Positions 1 to 9,051 are shown, counted from the stretch's first letter. The stretch is 32,000 nucleotides of DNA from Methanocaldococcus jannaschii DSM 2661 (GCF_000091665.1 NC_000909.1:242871-274870); one strand, 5' to 3'. Program-made: numbers and translations. The notes: generated by a model from the letters alone, not told the origin.

Positions 1-1
1 A

Positions 2-826
2 AATTGCTATAAATCAAAATTCTATGGTATTGAAACACACAGATGTATTCAATGCACACCATCAGTTATTTGGTGTCAGCAAAATTGTATATTCTGCTGG
101 AGAGTTTTACCAAGGGATATAGGTATAGATATAAGCCAAATTAAAGAACCAAAATGGGAAGAGCCAGAGGTTGTATATGAGAAAATTTTAGCCATGCATA
201 AAAGAATAATTATGGGTTATGCTGGAGTGTTAGATAGAGTTGGAGAGAAGAAATTTAAAGAGGCTTTAGAGCCAAAGCATGTGGCAATATCTTTATCAGG
301 AGAGCCAACACTTTATCCATACTTAGATGAGTTAATAAAGATATTCCATAAGAATGGATTTACAACATTTGTTGTTTCAAATGGAATCTTAACTGATGTT
401 ATTGAAAAAATAGAGCCAACTCAACTGTATATCTCATTAGATGCCTATGATTTGGACAGTTATAGAAGAATATGTGGGGGGAAGAAAGAGTATTGGGAAA
501 GTATCTTAAATACCTTAGACATTTTAAAAGAGAAGAAGAGAACTTGTATAAGAACTACTTTAATTAGGGGCTATAATGATGATATCTTAAAGTTTGTAGA
601 GCTCTATGAAAGAGCTGATGTCCATTTCATTGAGTTAAAGTCATATATGCACGTTGGTTATTCTCAAAAAAGATTAAAGAAAGAGGACATGCTACAACAT
701 GATGAGATATTAAAATTAGCTAAGATGTTAGATGAAAACAGCTCATACAAATTAATTGATGACAGTGAAGATAGTAGAGTGGCGTTATTGCAAAATGAAA
801 ATAGGAAAATCAACCCGAAACTTTAA
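2..826 (+). CDS. taw1: tRNA 4-demethylwyosine synthase Taw1/TYW1 (radical SAM), 5' end outside window
   Basis: The frame is open from nt 2, so the ORF-track start at 194 is internal. The upstream part reads CIQCTPSVIWCQQNCIFCW, containing a CX3CX2C radical SAM motif. The remainder matches archaeal Taw1 as I remember it (MJ0257). Stop TAA at 824-826. Confidence 0.85.
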   Translation, partial: NCYKSKFYGIETHRCIQCTPSVIWCQQNCIFCWRVLPRDIGIDISQIKEPKWEEPEVVYEKILAMHKRIIMGYAGVLDRVGEKKFKEALEPKHVAISLSGEPTLYPYLDELIKIFHKNGFTTFVVSNGILTDVIEKIEPTQLYISLDAYDLDSYRRICGGKKEYWESILNTLDILKEKKRTCIRTTLIRGYNDDILKFVELYERADVHFIELKSYMHVGYSQKRLKKEDMLQHDEILKLAKMLDENSSYKLIDDSEDSRVALLQNENRKINPKL

Positions 827-829
827 TAA

Positions 830-905
830 AGTTTCATCAAAGCTAACATCTCTGCCAAAGGCAGAGGTGTAAATGGGGTATCCCAATAGGGCGAAGCCCT
901 ATGGT
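830..905. repeat. Small hairpin-containing intergenic element between two copies of the taw1 3' end
   Basis: Hairpin 1 at 846-870: 11 bp stem with one G-U, core CTCTGCC-AAA-GGCAGAG. Hairpin 2 at 886-902: ATAGGGC-GAA-GCCCTAT. The region is locally less AT-rich than its flanks. Its left end TCATCAAAGC (834-843) resembles the end of the palindromic element at 23340-23447. Confidence 0.6.
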
Positions 906-963
906 TGTAAAATGAAAATAGAAAGATAAATCCAAAGATTTTTGAATAATTATTCTATAGTGG

Positions 964-2166
964 TTATTTTATTTTTTCTCTAAGAATAACTAAAGAGTCT
1001 CTCTTTATCTTATTTTCATCATAACTCTTAATATACCCCCCATTTAAATAATTTAGCAACTCTTTTCCAATTTCCCCAACAAATATATATCGGCAGTTAA
1101 ATCTCTTTAAAACTTCAGATAGCTTTTTTACATCAATTTCTTCGCAAACAATTCCAAAGTCCCCGCCAATATAGATATCTCCACCAAATACTTCTAAAAA
1201 ATCTTTTATAGCGTAGGAAATAGCTTTTACATCTAAGCCAGGGTTGATATTTTTAACTAAAATTTTTTTATTTATCTCTTTAATTTCCATTCTATTTTTT
1301 ATGGTGAAGGTTTTTAATCTATATCTTATCTCCTCCATATCAACCAAATTTTTACAAATCTCTATAGCAAATAACGAATTTTCTACAAAATGTAATCCAA
1401 AGATGTTCTTGCTGAACTCAAATATTTCATCAAAGTATTTAAATTTTAGAGGATACTTATCTAAAATCTTTGCCCTATCTACATCAACAACATTTAGGCA
1501 TTTATGGTTTATATTTAAGTCATATCTATTAATATCTCTCTTATTTATAAAAGATAACTCAGCATTTTTTAAAGAACTAAACTTTGCAGTTAATGCATCC
1601 TTTCTCCCACCAGCTATTTTATAATTTTCTAATACATTTGTTATAGCTCCATATTTGCATTTAATTAATCCTAAAGATGTTTCAAATATAAAAAAGTCAT
1701 ATTTGTCAATATCTAAACTATTTAAAACCTTTAAAATAGTTGGTGGAGCTATAGAGCCAAAATTTGAGTTGTGTAAGTAAGTTGAATATTTATCTTTCAA
1801 AATATGGTTTATTAAAGAGGTTGTTGTTGTCTTTCCCTTAACTCCTGTAACATTAATTATTTTTTTATGGATATTTCCAAACTTCTCCTTTAATATTTTA
1901 GATACAGCATCTGTAAATGGGATAAAATCAACATCTATTGGGCAGTGTATTGGGGCTATAACTCTATCATATTTTTCAAAATTTGGCTGTTCAAAAAATA
2001 GATTTAACTTATTTCCAAATTTTTCTTTTAATTTTTGATATTTAACTTTAAAATCTTCTGATTTTTTTATTTTTTGGTAAATATCCCATACATCAACTTC
2101 ATATCCTAAATTTAAATATTCCTCAGCCAATGTTAAAGCTCCATGATTAACATCAATAATCAACAT
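964..2166 (-). CDS. Mur-ligase family protein (possibly coenzyme F430 synthetase CfbE-like)
   Basis: P-loop GVKGKTTTTS is typical of the Mur ligase central domain. This organism lacks pseudomurein, so the CfbE role is inference. Start moved to ATG 2166 (MLIIDVNHG), which follows a GGTG SD-like site; the track start at 2178 is GTG. Confidence 0.6.
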   Translation of the reverse strand: MLIIDVNHGALTLAEEYLNLGYEVDVWDIYQKIKKSEDFKVKYQKLKEKFGNKLNLFFEQPNFEKYDRVIAPIHCPIDVDFIPFTDAVSKILKEKFGNIHKKIINVTGVKGKTTTTSLINHILKDKYSTYLHNSNFGSIAPPTILKVLNSLDIDKYDFFIFETSLGLIKCKYGAITNVLENYKIAGGRKDALTAKFSSLKNAELSFINKRDINRYDLNINHKCLNVVDVDRAKILDKYPLKFKYFDEIFEFSKNIFGLHFVENSLFAIEICKNLVDMEEIRYRLKTFTIKNRMEIKEINKKILVKNINPGLDVKAISYAIKDFLEVFGGDIYIGGDFGIVCEEIDVKKLSEVLKRFNCRYIFVGEIGKELLNYLNGGYIKSYDENKIKRDSLVILREKIK

Positions 2167-2235
2167 AAAAAACACCACAAAAAAGAGATTTTTATTAAAA
2201 TTAAAATTTTATTAAATTAAATAATATCCAATCAG

Positions 2236-2844
2236 TTATGTTATACTCCCTTTAAACATGTCAATAACAAACCGTGTTTCTGCATTATCCAATTCTTTTA
2301 ATGAATTTCCTTCAATTATAAATGTGTTATTTATTTTTGTTATCGTTGCAGTATTATGGGTTTTTAAGATTTCTATAACCATCGTCTTGTTATTGTGCAT
2401 TAAATATTCACTTTCATTTACTTTAAGCTCAGTTATTGATGTTTTTCCATTTGCAAAAATGGATTTTACAGTTACTGTTGAGTTAGTTCTATTTAGCTCA
2501 ACAACTATATTGTGGGGGTAAAACTGATTAAACCACTCTAATTTTGTTACTAAATCAACTATTGAAACCCCTCCTTCTTTAACACTAATGTTCATATCTC
2601 CCTTAATATAAATCAATATCTTTGAGTGATAATAATTATAAATTTCCCTATCTGTTGTATTTATCAATTTTACCTCCTTTGCTTCACCAACAGTTGCTCT
2701 CAATGGAATTTCTATTGGAGTTCCATTAACTTCAACTAATATGCTCTTTTTTAAATCCAAATTATTTAAATTGTTATTATTTAAACACATAGACATTGAA
2801 GTCATTAACGAGATTATTCCAATAATTAACAGTAGTTTTTTCAT
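2236..2844 (-). CDS. Secreted/hypothetical protein with N-terminal signal peptide and many N-x-S/T sequons
   Basis: ATG preceded by GGAGGGAG. Hydrophobic N-terminus MKKLLLIIGIISLMTSMSMC. Overlaps the stop of the upstream signal peptidase gene by 4 nt, suggesting one operon. No family recognised. Confidence 0.6.
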   Translation of the reverse strand: MKKLLLIIGIISLMTSMSMCLNNNNLNNLDLKKSILVEVNGTPIEIPLRATVGEAKEVKLINTTDREIYNYYHSKILIYIKGDMNISVKEGGVSIVDLVTKLEWFNQFYPHNIVVELNRTNSTVTVKSIFANGKTSITELKVNESEYLMHNNKTMVIEILKTHNTATITKINNTFIIEGNSLKELDNAETRFVIDMFKGSIT

Positions 2845-3452
2845 TTTCTCCCTCCTTTAAGATAATTGTATGCATAATAAATCAGGACAAATAAAACCAC
2901 CAAATACCAATATTCTTTAAGCCATATAGATAAATAACCTACATAGGGGATTACTAAAGGATGTCCATCTACAACTATAACCCTCTGCTTTATTTGGTTG
3001 ATTGAAACAAGCTCTGGGTCATGGATTGGATTGTTATCTCCTTTAATTATAAAGTATGTTTTGTTATTAAACTCAACTTTATCAATAACTCTATGGATTA
3101 CTGGCTTTGTTGGACTTTTTGGAATATCAGCCTCCAATATTTTGTAACTGCTTTTGTCTGTTTTTATTTCTCCTAAAACTTTTACTGACATATCTTTAAA
3201 ATCTCCCTCTTTGAATATATATAGTGTAGTGTAAGGATTTAAGTTGAGTTTATAATCTATTTCAGAAAGTAAATATTGATAGTAAGGCCAATGAGCTTTA
3301 TAAACAACTATATCTCCAACATCAACATCGTTTGGATTAAATTCAAAGCCAGCATTTTCCACTATAACCAAATCTCCCCTCTTCATTATAGGATACATAC
3401 TATCAGAAACGACAACATTTACATGACTCCAAATTAAAAACAAAACAACCAA
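2841..3452 (-). CDS. Signal peptidase I, archaeal/ER type (S26B)
   Basis: Catalytic-serine motif VVSDSMYP, GDNN box, and a C-terminal TM segment. The only available start in frame is TTG at 3452; there is no upstream ATG or GTG before the in-frame stop at 3510-3512. Confidence 0.8.
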   Translation of the reverse strand: MVVLFLIWSHVNVVVSDSMYPIMKRGDLVIVENAGFEFNPNDVDVGDIVVYKAHWPYYQYLLSEIDYKLNLNPYTTLYIFKEGDFKDMSVKVLGEIKTDKSSYKILEADIPKSPTKPVIHRVIDKVEFNNKTYFIIKGDNNPIHDPELVSINQIKQRVIVVDGHPLVIPYVGYLSIWLKEYWYLVVLFVLIYYAYNYLKGGRK

Positions 3453-3546
3453 GAATATTATCCACTCAACAACATCTTTTTTACTGATTTTTAGGTTAAT
3501 GATTCCACCTCATATATTTATTCCATAATGTTTTGAAAAGAACTAT

Positions 3547-4200
3547 TTAATATAGATGAGCATTTTTTATCATTCTTGGAATTAAAGCCATTATAACACT
3601 CTCCCTGCATAAATCTTTTCTTGTTATATTATTATCAGTTAGATAACCAATTAAGCCAATGTTTTTTCCAATGTCTTTAATACCAGAAATTTCTTCGGCA
3701 ATTTTTCCACCTTCAATCCCTTCCAAAACTTTTTCAGCTACAATCTTTGGATATTCAAAACCTTGAGATAAACCAACCGTCTCATTAACTCCATCAAAAA
3801 CAACACATATATGAATATCTATATAATGTTCTCCAACTTTTATTAAACCTGCCTCTATTCCCACAGCATAAGTGCATTGAACTTTTTCAAACGCATTTTT
3901 TGCTCTATTTAAAGCTCCCAAATAAGTTTCTTCTAATCCAATTGGATGAGATGAAACCCCACTAATAACATCAACCCCTATTACTTCAACAGCTCCTAAA
4001 ACCTTCTCAAACCCTTCTTTAACCGCCTCTATCTTTACTGGATTTGTAGAACCAACTGCCACAATCCTCAACTTATGTCTCGCCATGCTCAGCTTTTTAG
4101 CCTCTTCAATACACTTTTCATTTTTACATAAAAACCTCCCAAATAAAAAAATCTCTGCCTTTTTACCACAGATTTCACATTTCTTATTTTTAAAGTCCAT
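3547..4200 (-). CDS. YjjX/DUF84-type inosine/xanthosine triphosphatase with N-terminal CxxC...CxxxxC zinc-ribbon extension
   Basis: RIVAVGSTNPVKIEAV is the family N-terminal signature. ATG at 4200 gives MDFKNKKCEICGKK...CKNEKC upstream of it. An alternative start at ATG 4086 (MARHKLRIVAVGS) would drop the ribbon. Confidence 0.7.
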   Translation of the reverse strand: MDFKNKKCEICGKKAEIFLFGRFLCKNEKCIEEAKKLSMARHKLRIVAVGSTNPVKIEAVKEGFEKVLGAVEVIGVDVISGVSSHPIGLEETYLGALNRAKNAFEKVQCTYAVGIEAGLIKVGEHYIDIHICVVFDGVNETVGLSQGFEYPKIVAEKVLEGIEGGKIAEEISGIKDIGKNIGLIGYLTDNNITRKDLCRESVIMALIPRMIKNAHLY

Positions 4201-4370
4201 AACTATCACTATATTATAAGAATTCTATTCGCTAAATAATTTGCAAATAAAATATATATAAGTTAAACATCAAAGGAAGTAGTAATTTCACAAATAATAA
4301 TATATAATGATAACTTGAATTTATAAATTTATTGATATATTGTGATTAAAACACATTAAGAGGGATTATT

Positions 4371-7300
4371 ATGGCTAAAAAAAACACTAAGAAGGATAAT
4401 AAAAATCAGAATCTCAGATGTCCAATTGTGTGTGTTTTAGGACACGTTGACCATGGAAAGTGCTTAATGCCTCATGAGAAAGTTTTAACTGAGTATGGAG
4501 AGATTAAGATTGAGGACTTATTTAAAATAGGAAAAGAGATTGTTGAGAAAGATGAGTTAAAAGAAATAAGAAAGTTGAATATAAAAGTTCATACACTAAA
4601 TGAAAATGGAGAAATTAAGATAATAAATGCTCCTTATGTGTGGAAACTAAAACATAAAGGAAAAATGATAAAAGTTAAGTTAAAGAATTGGCATTCAATA
4701 ACTACAACGCCAGAACATCCATTCTTAACCAATAATGGTTGGATAAAAGCAGAAAATATCAAAAAAGGAATGTATGTTGCAATACCAAGAAAAATTTATG
4801 GTAATGAGGATTTTGAGAAGTTCATTGAATTTATTAATTCAAAGATATTAACTAATGAATTAATTGTAAAAGTTAATGAGAAAGATTTAAAAAACGTAGA
4901 GTTGCCTTCAACAAAAATCTACAAAAAACAGAAAAATGTTTTCAGAAGCGAAGATATTATTGAACATAATCTAAATATTGAAAAAATATCATTCTCTCCA
5001 AGAATCCACAGATGTGGAAAACCTCAGCACTATATAAAACTTCCAAAGTCGTTGAATGAATGGAAAGCTATATTCTACTTTGCAGGAGTTATGTTTGGGG
5101 ATGGATGTGTGGATAGAATAGCAAATAATGATGAAGAAGTATTCAACAAATTAAAATCATTGAATAATTTAGGAATTGAAGTTGAGAGAATAAAAAGAAA
5201 AAGTTCCTATGAAATAATATTTAAAAATGGAAAAAATGCGTTAATTAATCTCCTTAAAATATTATTTGATTACCCAAGTGAAAAGAAATCCCATAATATA
5301 AAAATCCCACAAATATTATACATAGCTCCAAAAGAGCTTGTAGCAGAGTTTATTAAAGGATACTTTGATGCAGATGGGTATGTAAATTTAAGACAGAATA
5401 GAATTGAAGTAATAAGTGCATCAAAGGAATTTATTGAAGGACTTTCTATTCTTTTATTAAGATTCGAAATAACATCAAAAATCTATGAAATTAAAAAATC
5501 TTACAAAGAAACTAAAAAGAAATACTACCAATTAAACATTGTAGGAAAGAGAAACTTAAAGAACTTCAAAAACATTGGGTTTTCAATAAAATATAAAGAA
5601 GAAAACTTAAACAAAATCATTGAAAAGAGTAGAAAAAGTGAGAAGTATCCAATAAATAAAGATATGAAAAGATTAAGAATTTTGTTTGGAATGACAAGGA
5701 ATGAAGTAAATGTCTCATACTATGCAAAATATGAAAATGGAAAAGAGATTCCTTCCTATGAAATTGTTAAGAAATTCCTAAATTCATTAAAACCAAAGAA
5801 CTTAGATAAAAAGATAAAAGTATTGGAAGGAAAAGAAAGAGATGTTAATTATTTAAAAGCATTTGAAAGCGATGGTTTAATAGAGAATGGAAGATTAACT
5901 AAATTAGGAAGAGAAGCATTAAATATTTGGAAGAATCATGAATTTGGAAAAGAGAATATTGACTATATGAAATCATTAATAGAAAATATTGCATTTGTTG
6001 AAGTTGAAGATGTTGAAATTATTGATTATGATGGCTATGTGTATGATTTAACAACTGAAACACACAACTTTATAGCAAATGGTATAGTTGTTCATAACAC
6101 AACACTTTTAGACAAGATTAGAAAAACAAGAGTCGCTAAAAGAGAAGCTGGAGGAATTACCCAACACATAGGAGCAAGTGAGATTCCAATAGATGTCATA
6201 AAACGGCTGTGTGGAGATTTATTAAAGATGCTAAAAGCAGATTTAAAAATCCCTGGATTGTTGGTTATAGACACCCCTGGGCATGAGGCATTTACCTCAT
6301 TAAGAAAAAGAGGAGGAGCTTTGGCTGATATAGCCATATTAGTTGTAGATATAAACGAGGGCTTTAAACCACAAACTGTTGAGGCTGTTAATATATTAAG
6401 ACAGTGCAAAACCCCATTTGTTGTAGCAGCAAATAAAATTGACTTAATTCCTGGATGGAACTCTAAGGAAGGGCCGTTTATCTTAAACTTCAATGAAAAA
6501 AATCAGCATCCAAATGCTTTAACTGAATTTGAAATAAGGTTGTATGAAAACATAATAAAACCATTAAATGAGCTTGGTTTTGATGCTGATTTATACTCAA
6601 GAGTTCAAGACGTTACAAAAACTGTCTGTATTATTCCAGTATCAGCAGTTACTGGAGAGGGAATTCCTGATTTATTGATGATGGTTGCTGGATTAGCCCA
6701 AAAGTTTTTAGAGGATAGATTAAAGCTTAATGTTGAAGGTTATGCAAAGGGAACAATATTAGAAGTTAAGGAAGAAAAAGGATTGGGGACAACGATAGAT
6801 GCCATAATTTATGATGGGATTGCTAAGAGAGGAGATTATTTAGTTGTTGGATTGCCTGATGATGTTTTAGTGACAAGAGTTAAAGCTTTATTAAAGCCGA
6901 AGCCATTAGATGAGATGAGAGACCCAAGAGATAAATTTAAGCCAGTAAATGAAGTTACTGCCGCTGCAGGAGTTAAGATAGCCGCTCCTGAATTGGATAA
7001 AGTCATAGCTGGATGTCCAATAAGGATTGTTCCAAAAGATAAGATAGAGGAAGCAAAAGAAGAGGTTATGAAAGAAGTTGAAGAGGCAAAGATAGAGGTT
7101 GATGATGAAGGAATTTTAATAAAAGCAGATACTCTTGGTTCTTTAGAAGCTTTAGCTAATGAGTTAAGGAAGGCAGGAGTTAAGATTAAGAAGGCAGAGG
7201 TTGGAGATGTAACTAAGAAGGATGTTATTGAAGTTGCATCATACAAGCAGAGTAATCCATTACATGGAGCAATAGTTGCCTTTAACGTAAAAATTTTACC

Positions 7301-7838
7301 AGAAGCTCAGAAAGAAATTGAAAAATATGACATAAAGGTGTTTTTAGATAACATTATCTATAAGTTGGTTGAGGACTTCACAGAGTGGATTAAAAAAGAG
7401 GAAGAGAGAATTAAATATGGAGAGTTTGAAAAACTTATCAAGCCAGCAATCATCAGGATTTTACCAGATTGTATATTCAGACAGAAAGACCCTGCAATTT
7501 GTGGAGTTGAAGTCCTCTGTGGAACTTTAAGAGTTGGAGCTCCTTTAATGAGGGAGGATGGAATGCAATTAGGTTATGTTAGGGAAATAAAAGATAGAGG
7601 AGAAAATGTTAAAGAGGCAAAAGCAGGAAAGGCAGTTTCAATAGCTATAGATGGAAGAGTTGTATTAAAAAGGCATGTTGATGAAGGGGACTATATGTAT
7701 GTAGCTGTTCCAGAAAGTCATGTTAGAGAGCTCTACCATAAATACATGGATAGGTTGAGAAATGATGAAAAAGAGGCATTGTTAAGATATATGGAGTTGA
7801 TGCAAAAGCTAACAAACAACATATTCTGGGGAAGATAA
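4371..7838 (+). CDS. infB: Translation initiation factor aIF5B (IF2), interrupted by an intein
   Basis: GTPase motifs GHVDHGK|intein|TTLLD (G1), DTPGHEAF (G3) and NKID (G4), followed by C-terminal aIF5B domains. 1155 codons, of which 609 are extein. Confidence 0.95.
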   Translation: MAKKNTKKDNKNQNLRCPIVCVLGHVDHGKCLMPHEKVLTEYGEIKIEDLFKIGKEIVEKDELKEIRKLNIKVHTLNENGEIKIINAPYVWKLKHKGKMIKVKLKNWHSITTTPEHPFLTNNGWIKAENIKKGMYVAIPRKIYGNEDFEKFIEFINSKILTNELIVKVNEKDLKNVELPSTKIYKKQKNVFRSEDIIEHNLNIEKISFSPRIHRCGKPQHYIKLPKSLNEWKAIFYFAGVMFGDGCVDRIANNDEEVFNKLKSLNNLGIEVERIKRKSSYEIIFKNGKNALINLLKILFDYPSEKKSHNIKIPQILYIAPKELVAEFIKGYFDADGYVNLRQNRIEVISASKEFIEGLSILLLRFEITSKIYEIKKSYKETKKKYYQLNIVGKRNLKNFKNIGFSIKYKEENLNKIIEKSRKSEKYPINKDMKRLRILFGMTRNEVNVSYYAKYENGKEIPSYEIVKKFLNSLKPKNLDKKIKVLEGKERDVNYLKAFESDGLIENGRLTKLGREALNIWKNHEFGKENIDYMKSLIENIAFVEVEDVEIIDYDGYVYDLTTETHNFIANGIVVHNTTLLDKIRKTRVAKREAGGITQHIGASEIPIDVIKRLCGDLLKMLKADLKIPGLLVIDTPGHEAFTSLRKRGGALADIAILVVDINEGFKPQTVEAVNILRQCKTPFVVAANKIDLIPGWNSKEGPFILNFNEKNQHPNALTEFEIRLYENIIKPLNELGFDADLYSRVQDVTKTVCIIPVSAVTGEGIPDLLMMVAGLAQKFLEDRLKLNVEGYAKGTILEVKEEKGLGTTIDAIIYDGIAKRGDYLVVGLPDDVLVTRVKALLKPKPLDEMRDPRDKFKPVNEVTAAAGVKIAAPELDKVIAGCPIRIVPKDKIEEAKEEVMKEVEEAKIEVDDEGILIKADTLGSLEALANELRKAGVKIKKAEVGDVTKKDVIEVASYKQSNPLHGAIVAFNVKILPEAQKEIEKYDIKVFLDNIIYKLVEDFTEWIKKEEERIKYGEFEKLIKPAIIRILPDCIFRQKDPAICGVEVLCGTLRVGAPLMREDGMQLGYVREIKDRGENVKEAKAGKAVSIAIDGRVVLKRHVDEGDYMYVAVPESHVRELYHKYMDRLRNDEKEALLRYMELMQKLTNNIFWGR
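4461..6098 (+). mobile_element. Intein (546 codons) with LAGLIDADG homing-endonuclease domain inserted in the infB P-loop
   Basis: Starts with Cys (TGC 4461-4463) right after GHVDHGK and ends VVHN (AAC 6096-6098), followed by Thr. Block B is TTTPEHPF. LAGLIDADG motifs are FAGVMFGDGCV (~5079-5111) and IKGYFDADGYV (~5352-5384). Visibly more K/N/I-rich than the exteins. Confidence 0.93.
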
Positions 7839-7839
7839 A

Positions 7840-7852
7840 TTTTTATTTTTTT
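7840..7852 (+). terminator. Oligo-T tract after infB
   Basis: TTTTTATTTTTTT begins 2 nt after the infB stop. Archaeal RNAP terminates at oligo-T. The tract overlaps the stop codon (7851-7853) of the convergent TPR gene. Confidence 0.35.
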
Positions 7853-8813
7853 AAATGTTGTTATCAAAGGCTTTATTATAGGTTTCTACTGCTTCTTCAA
7901 TTTTTCCAAGTTTTTCGAGGATTCTCGCTTTATTTAGTATAGATGATTTTATTAATAGCTTATCTTTAACATTTTTGTTTGAAATAATTTTATCATATAT
8001 TTTTAAAGCATCATCAACTTTGTTGAGATTTTCATATATCAAAGCTAAATAGAACTTTGCTTCAACATCATTTGGAAATTTTTCTAAATATTTGGTTATA
8101 TAGTTTAATGCCTCTTCATAATTATTATTTGCCAATTCTAAATAAGCGATATCTTTATAAACATGAACTAGATTTTCGTTTAAGTTTATTGCCATTTTTA
8201 ATGCATCTAACGCTTCTTTTATATTTCCAAGTTTCTTTAAAATTCTTCCTTTTAAATACCATGCATGGGCATCATCTTTTTTAATACTTAAAATTTTATT
8301 CACACAATCCAGTGCTTCATCTAATTTCCCAAGTATTTCTAATATTGATGCCTTCTGTCTTAAAATTGAGGTTAGATTTGGATATATTTTTAAAAATTCA
8401 TCAAGAGCTTCAAGTGCCTTTTCAAATTCTCCAAATTCTATATAAATTAAAGCTTTATGGAATGGAGACAAATAGCATGGTTTAGATAATCTTGATAACT
8501 TCTCAATATATTTTAATGTTCTTTCATACTCTCCTTTAACGAATGTTAAACATATAAGATTCCCTAAAGACAATAAAGATGTTCCTTCAATATTTTCTAA
8601 GCATTCAAAATATTTTTCTGCTTTTTCCATATCTCCTTTGAGTTTTAACACAATTCCTTTTACATACAATACTAAAGGATTATCCTTATCAACTTTCTGA
8701 GCTTTTTCTAAATATTCTAATGCTTTATCAAAATTTCCTTTATCTGCACATTCTAAGGCATTAACAACATCTTTTAATATTTCTAATGTTTTTACCATAT
8801 TATCATAATCCAT
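7851..8813 (-). CDS. TPR-repeat protein
   Basis: About nine tandem ~34-aa units with the A/L/Y/G pattern (for example KALEYLEKAQKVDKDNPLVLYVKGIVLKLKGDMEKA). ATG start at 8813. Confidence 0.85.
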   Translation of the reverse strand: MDYDNMVKTLEILKDVVNALECADKGNFDKALEYLEKAQKVDKDNPLVLYVKGIVLKLKGDMEKAEKYFECLENIEGTSLLSLGNLICLTFVKGEYERTLKYIEKLSRLSKPCYLSPFHKALIYIEFGEFEKALEALDEFLKIYPNLTSILRQKASILEILGKLDEALDCVNKILSIKKDDAHAWYLKGRILKKLGNIKEALDALKMAINLNENLVHVYKDIAYLELANNNYEEALNYITKYLEKFPNDVEAKFYLALIYENLNKVDDALKIYDKIISNKNVKDKLLIKSSILNKARILEKLGKIEEAVETYNKAFDNNI

Positions 8814-9051
8814 TTATACCACTCTAATAAATCTGTTAATTTGAATGTTGTGTTATAATGTTGTGTTATATTATTTGTATATAACTATAACATTTAACAT
8901 TGAAGATATTATCTATATAAAAATATAAAATTTACTCTTGTGAAGATTCCATTGAAGATTCGATAAAAGGACAATTAATAAAAATAGGTTTATATGTTTT
9001 ATTGTAAATTTTCGAACCTTATAAAATTACGAAAATAGGAAAATTAAGGAA

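Noticed and set aside
575-616. AATGATGA (C-box-like) inside taw1 coding sequence with CTGA about 30 nt downstream
   Set aside because: The spacing is wrong, there are no C'/D' boxes or terminal stem, and the sequence lies in a well-supported coding frame.
1244-1624. Antisense 'shadow' ORFs inside real genes. Others are at 2258-2521, 6092-6493, 6836-7246, 8057-8284, 9299-9523, 9791-10140, 10620-11409, 11833-12102 and 12517-12714. More lie at 16409-17290, 17977-18321, 20302-20499, 21187-21405, 21977-22165, 22915-23160, 24488-24730, 25010-25261, 25505-25942, 28001-28228, 28755-28943, 29100-29625 and 30382-30630.
   Set aside because: Each lies opposite a gene with strong motif support. The products are low-complexity or hydrophobic artefacts of the AT-rich, codon-biased opposite strand. 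None has a convincing SD or family signature.
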